The translations under genes were made by a program, and so were the position numbers. From assembly GCA_023818695.1 (NCBI GenBank), contig JAMWCF010000003.1:1-56685 (forward strand): a stretch of 56,685 nucleotides of DNA. The letters run 5' to 3'. Positions 1 to 8,354 of this stretch are shown in pieces. Each line of letters opens with the position of its first letter. The stretch's first letter is position 1. This DNA is from Candidatus Omnitrophota bacterium. Its GTDB lineage: Bacteria; Omnitrophota; Gorgyraeia; 1-14-0-20-64-10. The notes under the pieces are model-generated. The model saw only the letters and a list, made by a program, of their open reading frames with translations. It made no database searches and had not been told where the DNA came from.

Positions 1-52
1 AAATAACGAGGACGATCACCCCGATCGGAGGGCGTTTCCTGCGTCTTGACAT
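1..52 (-). CDS. 5' end of a gene running off the left edge (MSRRRKRPPIGVIVLVI...), probable N-terminal membrane anchor
   Basis: ATG at 52 with AGGAG 8 nt upstream; basic N-terminus then hydrophobic stretch; frame open to the edge. Not in the ORF track. Confidence 0.5.
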   Translation of the reverse strand, partial: MSRRRKRPPIGVIVLVI

Positions 53-211
53 CTGGCAAGCTCCTGTGCTTGGAAACATCCTTTTTAGGATGCTCAATGG
101 ATGACCACACGGGCCCGCCGCGAACAGCCCTATTATCCCTCCGACGAATCCATTTCTCAAGGAAGAAAGAGGGTACGAAGGAGGGTAAAATATGACTCCC
201 GTTACCCCTCA

Positions 212-240
212 AGTATATTTGAACTTTCAGCAAAAATCAA
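212..240 (-). promoter_or_regulatory. Putative sigma70 promoter for the left-edge gene
   Basis: TTGATT-N17-TATACT on the minus strand, just downstream of the HDAC stop. Confidence 0.45.
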
Positions 241-254
241 GCAAAGTAAGAAAA

Positions 255-1238
255 TCAGACATGAAGACGAATAACATTTCTCAAGATGTTCTCCAGGGAC
301 TTCCCGACGATATCGGCGCTCTTGGTGCTGTAACCGCCGGACAAAACCATCAGGATCGGGACCTGGTTGTCCAGCGCGACCTGGAAGACCATTTCATCCC
401 GCCTGATGATCCCCTGCTCGGAGATGTTCATGCCGCCGAGGGGATCCTCCTCGAAAATATCCGTACCCGCCAAATAGATCAGAATGTCTGGTTGAGTCTG
501 TCGAACGGCTGCGTTTAATTCCCTTTCGATCAACGCTAGATACTCTTTATCCCGGATGCCTGGCTCAACAGGGAAATTGAAATCGATATACCTCTTCACT
601 TCCTCATCCGCCGGGTAATTCAACCTGTTATAAACATCAAAGATGTGAATCGAAGGATCGTCCTGAAAGATAGACTCATAGCCGTTGCCTTGATGAACGT
701 CGAGATCCACGATTAGAAACGTCATGGCGGGGTTGTCCTTCCGGAGGCGATGAACGGCCATTGGGATATCCGCGAAGAAGCAGAATCCGCCGCCTGACTC
801 GGCCTTCGCATGATGGTATCCCCCTGACAAATTGATGCTCCAGCCATGCTTTAAAGCCAGCTCTGCTCCCAGCATCGTTCCGCCTGCGGCATATTTCATG
901 GGAAGGAGGAGCCGCCACTGCAGAAATCCGTTCGGAAGCAATGAAAGCGGCGCCAATTCTGCGATTTCGGCGACGACCCGGGAACTTTTCAAAGAGGCAA
1001 GGTATTCCTTTGTGGGAGTGTGGAAAACGCTCCTTGGGATCCCCATCTTCACCAAATGCCGATAGATCTTTCCGTATTTGGTGGTGTCAAAGGGATGCAG
1101 CTTTTCAAGACCCATGAAGGAAATGTCGTATCTCGGAGAAAAAACGATTGGCATTTTGGGGCTCTCTCTGCTTTGCCCTTCGGCGGCACAGGGGACCACA
1201 GAAAGCAGAATTAGGATAACTCCAATGTTTCTTTTCAT
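255..1238 (-). CDS. Zn-dependent histone-deacetylase-family protein, class IV/HDAC11-like, with a predicted signal peptide
   Basis: PIVFSPRYDISFMGLEKLHPFD, GGYHH, GGFC, DLDVHQGNG, GTD and SGGY motifs; N-terminus MKRNIGVILILLSVVPCAAEG. Confidence 0.9.
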   Translation of the reverse strand: MKRNIGVILILLSVVPCAAEGQSRESPKMPIVFSPRYDISFMGLEKLHPFDTTKYGKIYRHLVKMGIPRSVFHTPTKEYLASLKSSRVVAEIAELAPLSLLPNGFLQWRLLLPMKYAAGGTMLGAELALKHGWSINLSGGYHHAKAESGGGFCFFADIPMAVHRLRKDNPAMTFLIVDLDVHQGNGYESIFQDDPSIHIFDVYNRLNYPADEEVKRYIDFNFPVEPGIRDKEYLALIERELNAAVRQTQPDILIYLAGTDIFEEDPLGGMNISEQGIIRRDEMVFQVALDNQVPILMVLSGGYSTKSADIVGKSLENILRNVIRLHV

Positions 1239-1814
1239 ACGCCCTCGTTCCCTTGATCCTCTTCATCCTTTACAAAGGGGGGGATCCCTTTGTAGGTTGA
1301 GGCGGCTTCGATTTTCGTCCCCTTGGGAAGGATCGCCCCTGCCGCAACAGTCGCCCCGTCCCCTATTTCCGAACCGGGCAAGACCACCGAGTTCAGGCCC
1401 ACGACGACGTTCCTGCCCACTCTGGCTCCCATCAGCCGGAAGAAGAAGGGGGCCCAGGGGGTGAGCAGGATGAAGTCCAGGAAGGTGATGGTGACCAGGA
1501 AGATTAGGACGAACCCGAAGATGAAGAAGGCGGCCGCCCCGGCGGGTGTGCGCTGTGGCGCGCCGGAGCCCTGGCCGGCCAAGATCTGCATCGACCGGCC
1601 CAGCCGCTCGTTTCGTGCGTCCCGGACAAACCGACCGGGACGATGGGAGCCCCTGTCAGGGGGCCAACGCCGCCATCTGCGCCAGCCGGTCTGCCAAGAC
1701 GGAAACGGTGTGGGCCGCCAGGATCCGCTTGACGCCGCCCCTCGGCTCCGGCGGCACGAAACCGGGCTCTTCGCCATCCTGGAAAACATCCTCTGCACTT
1801 TGGTCATCGCTCAT
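1235..1814 (-). pseudogene. Mosaic relic: MFS-like first helix, PlsC-like fragment, and membrane-bound hexapeptide (LbH) acyltransferase C-terminus
   Basis: Frame from ATG 1814 gives 52 aa ending RILAAHTVSVLADRLAQMAALAP* (stop 1656). A second frame gives LTGAPIVPVGLSGTHE. A third frame (ORF 1235..1807) gives FFRLMGARVGRNV...LNSVVLPGSEIGDGATVAAGA...YKGIP. Confidence 0.6.
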
Positions 1815-1826
1815 CCCTCCTCAATA

Positions 1827-1842
1827 ATTGTGTATAACAACT
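1827..1842. promoter_or_regulatory. Putative MarR operator 2 (TTGT-N5-ACAA)
   Basis: ATTGTGTATAACAACT, 15/16 identical to the site upstream of marR; lies just upstream of the relic gene's ribosome-binding site. Confidence 0.7.
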
Positions 1843-1865
1843 ATAAAGCCAAAAAAATGAGCCGT

Positions 1866-2345
1866 TCATCCTTCCAATCCGGCTTTCCAGCCGGATAAAA
1901 TCTCCACTAGCCGGCGTTGGTCCTGCGAGGGCATCCGCCCGATCATCCCCTTGACCGCCTCCTTGTAGACCGGCCAAGCCCCATCCAGCAGGCGGGAGCC
2001 CTCCCTGGTGATCCGGATCCGGTTGGAGCGCCGGTCCGGCCCGGACGCCCGGATCACCCACCCTTTCTTCTCCAGGTCGTCCAAAACGTGCGTCACGTTG
2101 CCCGCGTCGATCAGCAAGCGCCGGGCGATCTCCCGCTGGGACAACCCTTCCTCCTTGCCGATGTGCTTGACGATCATCAGGTAATTCAGCTTCACGGGGG
2201 TCAACCCGAAAGACTTCAGGACCTTTGCCACCCGGCGCTGGGCCTGGTTGGCGATCCAGACGATGCCGTACAAGGCCTCATCTCCCGTCTCCGGCTTGCC
2301 GAGCGGGTACCCTAGCTCTCTTAAGAAAGACTGTGCGGTTTTCAT
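1866..2345 (-). CDS. MarR-family transcriptional regulator
   Basis: GLSQREIARRLLIDAGNVTHVLDDLEKKGWVIR...DRRS winged helix; start moved to MKTAQ (2345) because the longer start falls inside the operator. Confidence 0.9.
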   Translation of the reverse strand: MKTAQSFLRELGYPLGKPETGDEALYGIVWIANQAQRRVAKVLKSFGLTPVKLNYLMIVKHIGKEEGLSQREIARRLLIDAGNVTHVLDDLEKKGWVIRASGPDRRSNRIRITREGSRLLDGAWPVYKEAVKGMIGRMPSQDQRRLVEILSGWKAGLEG

Positions 2346-2355
2346 CTCAACTATG

Positions 2356-2371
2356 ATTGTATATAACAACT
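2356..2371. promoter_or_regulatory. Putative MarR operator 1 overlapping the marR -10 (TACAAT)
   Basis: ATTGTATATAACAACT palindrome core; TTGATA-N18-TACAAT on the minus strand. Confidence 0.7.
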
Positions 2372-2381
2372 GCTGTGTTTA

Positions 2382-2747
2382 TCAATTAAGAATCCTGCTC
2401 GGCGTGGACGGCATCGACGCCCTGCTGCGGGCGGCCCAGGCAAACGGCAGGAAATACCGCCTGAAAGCGGCCTCCGTAGAGCCGTATTGATTGGACCCGT
2501 AGAAATAGTCGACGACGATCTCCCTTAACCGGGCGATCTCCTTCAGGCGGGCGAATCCCCAGGGGGTTTCCAGACTTAAATCAAGCAGCTCGAGAGCGCG
2601 ATCCACCGCCCTGGCGCAGTAATCCTGATTGTTCTTCCCGCGCCAATTCAGGGCGCGTTCAACTTCGCTGCCTATATTCGCCATCTGCTCAACAAGCGGC
2701 AGCTTACGCCATCGTCCTGACGCGAGTTCTCTATGCTGATAACTCAT
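2382..2747 (-). CDS. Small all-helical hypothetical protein, partner of the DUF5674 gene
   Basis: 121-aa ORF overlapping the upstream gene by 17 nt; EQMANIGSEVERA and ALELLDL helical pattern. Confidence 0.75.
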   Translation of the reverse strand: MSYQHRELASGRWRKLPLVEQMANIGSEVERALNWRGKNNQDYCARAVDRALELLDLSLETPWGFARLKEIARLREIVVDYFYGSNQYGSTEAAFRRYFLPFAWAARSRASMPSTPSRILN

Positions 2748-3087
2748 CTTTTATTCTCTTGGAAACAACGTCCGAAATTTTCTTCCGGATCGCTTCGCTC
2801 TCGACACCGCGACTCCTGTTATCCTGGGAAGGCCTCACGTTAATCATGGAATCAAACTCGATGAACTCCTCCCGCCCTTTCAACTCGGGATACAGGTTGA
2901 CGCCCCAGAGGAACTTCTGCTTGGATCCCCCTTCCAGGAGCAGAGCTTCCAAATCCGAATGCAACTCGGCATCAACCGCGAGGAGCTCATTCTCCACATC
3001 CACAACGGCTTTGACCATGTTACCGAATGTGCCGGCCGCCATTCGCCGAAGTTCGTCGAATGTTATCGCTTCCGAAATTATCTGCAC
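2731..3087 (-). CDS. DUF5674-like protein
   Basis: KAVVD...DAELHSDLEALLL.GS.Q..LWG.NLYP...IEFDSMIN.RP.Q.NRSR pattern recognised from memory; GTG start 4 nt after the ftsA stop. Confidence 0.7.
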   Translation of the reverse strand: MQIISEAITFDELRRMAAGTFGNMVKAVVDVENELLAVDAELHSDLEALLLEGGSKQKFLWGVNLYPELKGREEFIEFDSMINVRPSQDNRSRGVESEAIRKKISDVVSKRIKDELSA

Positions 3088-3091
3088 GGTC

Positions 3092-4315
3092 TTAAAAATA
3101 CTCTTCGAAGACCTGTTTGCTCTTTTCCAGGAAGCGGCGCCAGAGAGGGCCGGCCAGGGCCCTGCGGGAGGCGGCGATCCGGCGAGCGTTGTGGGCGAGC
3201 AGTCCCATGACGACGGTGTAGGCGGGCTTTAGCTCCAGGTCGGAATCCACCTCGATGCCGCGGGGGATCCCCAGTCGGACCGGCATGTTGAGGGCCTGTT
3301 CGCAGATCTCCAGGAACCCTTCCAGGCGAGCCAGCTCCCCGACCATCACGACGCCGGCGGCCGACTCCCGGAAATAGGGGATCTCCTCCAGCTTCCTGCG
3401 GATCTTCTCGAGGAACTCGTTGGATTTTTCGGACAGCAGGTGGGAGACCTGCTCCTGGGGGACGGTTCTCGCCAGCGTGCCGGCCTGCACCGTAAACGGC
3501 GTGGCTGCCCACTCCGGCTGTTTTTCGATCGTCTTGACCTGCTCGAAGATCTGCTCAGCGTTGGATTTCGGGAGTTTCAAGCTGCGGCTCATGCTGTCGG
3601 TGAGCTGTTCGATTCCCCACGGCAGGAGGACGCTCTCCTTGACGGCGCCGTCCGTATAAAGGAGGGTCTCGGTCTGAGACTCGCCGATATGGATCAGAGT
3701 AACGCCAAGATCCCTGTCGAGATCAGTCAGAACCGCCTCCCCGGCCGCCACCGACGGCAGGACGAACTGCTCCACCTCCACCCCGGCTCGGTTGACGACC
3801 TTCAGCAGATTGTGGACCGCCAGGTTCTGGGCCGTCACCAGGTGCAGCTCCACCCCCAGCTTGTTGCCGGAAAGCCCAACCGGATCCTTGATGCCGGCCT
3901 GGCCGTCCAGCGTGAAGCCGCGGGTGAAGGTATGGATGATCTGCCGGTCGTAGTCCAGCGAGAGGGTCTTGCAGGCGTTGACCACTTTCTCCACGTCCCG
4001 CCTGGAGATGCCGACGGTAGGATCCGGAATCGGGATGGCGGCGGAGGCGTTGTCAGCGGTCAAGGTGCTGCCCTGGATGGCGGTGTAAACTCGCAGGATC
4101 CGGGCGGACAGTTTTTTCTCGGTCTCCCGCACGAGCCGAGCGATGGTGTCGGAGCACTCGATCGGGTCGGTGATCAGCCCCCGCTCGATCCCCTGCGAGG
4201 GGACCGATTCCAGGGCGCGGACGATCAGCCGGTTCTGCTCGTGGATGAAGCCGGCGGCGAGGGTGAAGATCTTGTCACCCAGCGCCAAGCTGGCGATGAG
4301 CTGCGGTTTTTTCAT
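3092..4315 (-). CDS. ftsA: Cell division protein FtsA (divergent)
   Basis: Follows ftsQ; SQGIERGLITD and DPVGLSG.KL.VELHLVT motifs; C-terminal amphipathic helix WRRFLEKSKQVFEEYF. Confidence 0.85.
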   Translation of the reverse strand: MKKPQLIASLALGDKIFTLAAGFIHEQNRLIVRALESVPSQGIERGLITDPIECSDTIARLVRETEKKLSARILRVYTAIQGSTLTADNASAAIPIPDPTVGISRRDVEKVVNACKTLSLDYDRQIIHTFTRGFTLDGQAGIKDPVGLSGNKLGVELHLVTAQNLAVHNLLKVVNRAGVEVEQFVLPSVAAGEAVLTDLDRDLGVTLIHIGESQTETLLYTDGAVKESVLLPWGIEQLTDSMSRSLKLPKSNAEQIFEQVKTIEKQPEWAATPFTVQAGTLARTVPQEQVSHLLSEKSNEFLEKIRRKLEEIPYFRESAAGVVMVGELARLEGFLEICEQALNMPVRLGIPRGIEVDSDLELKPAYTVVMGLLAHNARRIAASRRALAGPLWRRFLEKSKQVFEEYF

Positions 4316-5079
4316 TTGTTGATCACCGGGTCGTCGAAGCGCAAGTCGATGTACTTCGCCTGCATTATCATCTCACGTTTCTGGATCAAAAGCTCAGTCA
4401 ACTGCTCCCACCCCCGGCGGACTTTCTCGGCGTGGAAACGGATCTCGGTGCCGTTGTTCAGGGCAATCAGGATGTCCGGTTCCCTGCAATAGGCGGCGGC
4501 GGCTGTCCGGCCCGCAACCCCGCGAAGCCGCTGGATGGCGGCCAGGATCTCGAACGTCTGCTGGTAGGCGGGGTTCTCGATCGTCTGGGAAACAGAAAGG
4601 CGCTTCCCCTTCAATCCGTCGGCGTGAAAGATCGGAAGATTCTGCCATGGGGTGGAGCGGCCCTCGGCCACAATGACCCCCTCTTCGCTCACCGGATAGA
4701 AGCGGCCGGCCTGCACCTGGGCGACGATCTGCCTGGGCTGCATCTGGACCACAATCCGGTTCGGGAAACAGCGGATTACCTGCGTCACTTGGGCGGTCGG
4801 GAAACGGCTCTGGAAAGCGGCCCCGATCTCCCGGAGGTCCCCCTCGAAGATGGAGATAACCGGCGTGATCTTGTATCGCTCCACCGGCTTCTTCATGGTG
4901 TCGGGCCAATGGATCTCCGCCTCCCGTACCAGGAAACGGGGGTGCGACGAAATGGTCTTCAATCCCATTGGGACAGCGATGAAAAGGAGGAGCCCGGAGA
5001 TCATGCTCATGCTGAAGAGCTTCACACCGCCGGGCGGCGCCTGCTGCGTCTCATTGAACAGATCCCTTTGCATCATCAT
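4312..5079 (-). CDS. ftsQ: Cell division protein FtsQ/DivIB
   Basis: Single TM, POTRA-like RCFPNRIVV, C-terminal YIDLRF; between ddl and ftsA. Confidence 0.85.
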   Translation of the reverse strand: MMMQRDLFNETQQAPPGGVKLFSMSMISGLLLFIAVPMGLKTISSHPRFLVREAEIHWPDTMKKPVERYKITPVISIFEGDLREIGAAFQSRFPTAQVTQVIRCFPNRIVVQMQPRQIVAQVQAGRFYPVSEEGVIVAEGRSTPWQNLPIFHADGLKGKRLSVSQTIENPAYQQTFEILAAIQRLRGVAGRTAAAAYCREPDILIALNNGTEIRFHAEKVRRGWEQLTELLIQKREMIMQAKYIDLRFDDPVINK

Positions 5080-6035
5080 AGGAGCGCGGAAGCCAGCATT
5101 CGCCGGCAGAGTTCCGGGAAACCGATCCCGGCCGCCTTGGCCGCTTTCGGCAGGAGACTCGACTCGGTCATACCGGGAATCGTATTGATCTCCAGGATCA
5201 CCGGTCCGCGGCCCGGCACCAGGATGAAATCAACGCGGGAAAAGGAGCGGCAGCCCAGCACTTCATGGGCTTTCAAGGCGATTTCCTGGACGCTCGCGGT
5301 CTCTTCTTTCGAGATCGGGGCCGGCACCCGGTACTCGGTCATGCCCGGCGTGTATTTGGCCTCGTAGTCGTAGAACCGGTTCTTGGGGATTACCTGCACC
5401 ACCGGCAGGGGCCGGTCCTCCAGGATGCCGACGGTCACCTCCGGCCCCGGCAGGTACTCTTCCAGGATAATCCTTTCGCCGAACTGGCCTGCCTTCTCGG
5501 CGGCCGGCGCCAGCTCCTCCATCGTGTCGACGATGCTCATCCCGATGGAGGAGCCCTGCCCCGCCGGCTTGACGACGATCGGGAAGACCATGTCTTTCGC
5601 CCGGGTCAGCGCGCTGATCGGCTCCGCCTCCACCACGTACGGCACCGGCAGCTTCGCGGCGATCCAGCGGCGGCGGGCGGAGATCTTGTCCATCGCGTAT
5701 CGGGAGGCCTCCACGTCGGAGCCGGTGTAAGGAATCTTCAGCTCCTCCAGGATCGACTGGACCGTCCCGTCCTCCCCGAAGGGACCGTGCAGGGCGATGA
5801 AGGCACACCGGATGCCGGAGAGCCGGATCTCATCCGGTATCTTCTCCGGATCGGAGGAAAGGGTCACCAACTCCGTGCGAATATCAAGGGAGCTCAGGGC
5901 TTCATGAACCGCTGTGCCGCTCTTGAGAGAAATCTCTCTCTCATGAGAGGGCCCTCCGCAGAGAACGCCGACGAGCCCCAAAGAAGCGATTGTCTTTTCG
6001 ACCGGAACCGTTGTCTGGTTGTTCTGTGTCGTCAT
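5076..6035 (-). CDS. ddl: D-alanine--D-alanine ligase
   Basis: GGPSHEREISLKSG, LHGPFGEDG, FYDYEAKY, LEINTIPG. Confidence 0.97.
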   Translation of the reverse strand: MTTQNNQTTVPVEKTIASLGLVGVLCGGPSHEREISLKSGTAVHEALSSLDIRTELVTLSSDPEKIPDEIRLSGIRCAFIALHGPFGEDGTVQSILEELKIPYTGSDVEASRYAMDKISARRRWIAAKLPVPYVVEAEPISALTRAKDMVFPIVVKPAGQGSSIGMSIVDTMEELAPAAEKAGQFGERIILEEYLPGPEVTVGILEDRPLPVVQVIPKNRFYDYEAKYTPGMTEYRVPAPISKEETASVQEIALKAHEVLGCRSFSRVDFILVPGRGPVILEINTIPGMTESSLLPKAAKAAGIGFPELCRRMLASALL

Positions 6036-6982
6036 TTTCCCTCGCTCTCATTTGGCAACACCTGCACCTCCAGCTCCAATTTTACACCGAAGCGGCGGTC
6101 CACCCGCGCCCGGATCTCTTCGATCAGCTTGAAGACGTCCGAGGCGCCGGCGCCGCCGGTGTTGATGATGAAATTGGAGTGGATCCTGGAAACGGACGCG
6201 CACCCTACGCTGAACCCTTTCAAGCCAGCCCGGTCGATGAGCCACCCGGCCGGCTGTTCCTTCGAAGGGTTCTTGAAAATGCACCCCGAGCTCGGCGCGG
6301 ACCAATCCTGGGTCCGCCGCTTGTATTCCCACAACCGCTTGACCCGGCCGGCAATCTCCTCCTTGTCGCCGGGGACAAGTTCCAACTCCGCCTCCAGCAC
6401 AATCGCCCCCTCCAAGCGGCTTGTCCGGTAGGCGAACCCCGCCAACTTCTTAGGGATGTGGCGGAGCTGTCCCTGGCGGTCCATCATTCGGATCGATCGG
6501 ACGACGTCCCCAGTCTGGTGAAGCGCCCCATCGTCGTCGTGCGTGCCGGCGTTCATCCGGACCGCGCCCCCCATCCTTCCCGGCACGCCGGCTAAGAACT
6601 CCAGGCCCGAAAGCCCCTCCTGCGTCGCCCGGCGGACCAGCCATTCCAGCGGCAGGCCGGCCCCCACGAACAGCCGGCTGCTCTCCCGCCGGCAGCCGTG
6701 GAAGAACGGATGCCCCATGTGAAGCACCAGGCCCGGGATACCCTCGTCCCGGACAAGCAGGTTGGCCCCTCCGCCGACGACGGTGACCGGCATCTTCTCC
6801 TGGTCGGCGATCGCCAGCAGCCGGCGCAACTCTTCCTCCGACTGCGGCTCCGCCCATACTTCCGCCGGCCCGCCGACGCGCATGGTGGTGTGCAGGCGCA
6901 TCGGCTCTGCGAACCGAACCCGGCCAGCTGTTACGGCCGTCAGCTCATCGGACAAGGCGGCTTTAAGCGGCACTTTCCACAA
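6032..6982 (-). CDS. murB: UDP-N-acetylmuramate dehydrogenase
   Basis: GGGANLL, GGAVRMNAG, SSGCIFKNP, HSNFIIN, LELEV. Confidence 0.97.
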   Translation of the reverse strand: MWKVPLKAALSDELTAVTAGRVRFAEPMRLHTTMRVGGPAEVWAEPQSEEELRRLLAIADQEKMPVTVVGGGANLLVRDEGIPGLVLHMGHPFFHGCRRESSRLFVGAGLPLEWLVRRATQEGLSGLEFLAGVPGRMGGAVRMNAGTHDDDGALHQTGDVVRSIRMMDRQGQLRHIPKKLAGFAYRTSRLEGAIVLEAELELVPGDKEEIAGRVKRLWEYKRRTQDWSAPSSGCIFKNPSKEQPAGWLIDRAGLKGFSVGCASVSRIHSNFIINTGGAGASDVFKLIEEIRARVDRRFGVKLELEVQVLPNESEGK

Positions 6983-8354
6983 GCTCCTTTTTTCCCGGAC
7001 CGGCTGCCAGCGCGCGGACCAGGCGGGTGGAGAGGGAACCGACCGACCCGGCCCCCAGGAAAAGAACCATGTCGCCGGACCGGGCCGTTTCCTCGAAGTA
7101 TTCCAGCGCTTCCTGCGGCTCCTTCAAGCAGACGCGGGGTCCGCCGTTGGCCCGAACCTGCTTCAGCACCGACCCGCTCGTCACCCCGTCGATCGGCTCT
7201 TCGGAGGCGGCGTAGATCGGAAGCAGGATCAGCTCATCGGCCTGGTCGAAACAGGAGCCGAACCGATCCAGCAGGTGGAGAGTCCGGCTGTAGCGGTGCG
7301 GCTGGAAAACGACCCGGATCCGCCGTCCCTTCCATTGTCTGGCCGCCTGCAGGGTGGCTTTGATTTCGGCGGGATGGTGGGCGTAATCCTCCACCACCAT
7401 GACGCCGCCCGGCTCGCCCTGAATCTGGAACCGCCGTTTGGTCCCCTTAAAATTCTCGACGGCGCGCACCGCATAGCTGAAGTCGATCTTCAGCCGGTCG
7501 GCCAAGGCGAAGACCGCCAAGCTGTTGAGCGCGTTGTGGAGGCCGGGCACGCTCAAGCGGACGCACCCCTGCTCTTTTCCCCTGACCAGGCATCGGAAAG
7601 AGCTCCATCCCGGCCCGGATTCCAGATCGCCGGCGGTGACGTCGGCCTTCTTCGAGAAACCGTAGGTGATCGCCGGCTTCCTCGTTTTTCGGACCAGCCC
7701 GGCGAGGTGGGGGTCATCCGCACAGGCGACCAGGAATCCCCCCGGCTTGATCCGGTCGATGAAAAGCGAATAGGCCTTTTTGATTTCAGCCAGGTTTCGG
7801 TAATAATCGAGGTGCTCTTCGTCCAGGTTGGTGATGACGGCGGCGAACGGATCGTACCAGAGGAAGGAGCCGTCCGATTCGTCCGCTTCGATGACGGCGT
7901 ACGCTCCTTTGCCGGTCCGGGCGTTGCCTCCCAGGGAATCGATCTGGGCTCCCAGCAGAACGGTCGGGTCCCAGCCGGCGGCGACCAAGAGCTGGGCCGC
8001 CAGCGCGGTGGTCGTGCTCTTGCCGTGCGCCCCGGTAACGGCAATGGTCTTCAACTCCTTCACGAGGCGGCGCACCATCCGGGCCCGGTGCAGGACGGTC
8101 AGCCCCTTCTCCCGAGCTGCCGCCAGTTCCGGGTTGGCGGGGGATATAGAGGAAGAGTAAACCACCGTGTCGGCGTCCCGGAGGGCCTGCGCCGAATGGC
8201 CGATGCGGATCCGGGCCCCGCGGGATTTGAGCTGCTCGATGATGGGCCCGTCGGAGGAGTCGGTCCCGGAAACGGATACCCCCCTGTCCAGGAGGAGCCG
8301 GGCGATGCCGCTCATCCCGATCCCGCCGATGCCGATCAGGTGCACCCGTTTCAT
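6963..8354 (-). CDS. murC: UDP-N-acetylmuramate--L-alanine ligase
   Basis: GIGGIGMSG, GAHGKSTTT, EADESD, DYAHHP. Confidence 0.97.
   Translation of the reverse strand: MKRVHLIGIGGIGMSGIARLLLDRGVSVSGTDSSDGPIIEQLKSRGARIRIGHSAQALRDADTVVYSSSISPANPELAAAREKGLTVLHRARMVRRLVKELKTIAVTGAHGKSTTTALAAQLLVAAGWDPTVLLGAQIDSLGGNARTGKGAYAVIEADESDGSFLWYDPFAAVITNLDEEHLDYYRNLAEIKKAYSLFIDRIKPGGFLVACADDPHLAGLVRKTRKPAITYGFSKKADVTAGDLESGPGWSSFRCLVRGKEQGCVRLSVPGLHNALNSLAVFALADRLKIDFSYAVRAVENFKGTKRRFQIQGEPGGVMVVEDYAHHPAEIKATLQAARQWKGRRIRVVFQPHRYSRTLHLLDRFGSCFDQADELILLPIYAASEEPIDGVTSGSVLKQVRANGGPRVCLKEPQEALEYFEETARSGDMVLFLGAGSVGSLSTRLVRALAAGPGKKELVESAA

Noticed and set aside
1235-1807. 190-aa ORF taken as an intact gene
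   Set aside because: The N-terminal third is non-protein-like, while other frames carry recognisable motifs; treated as a mosaic relic.
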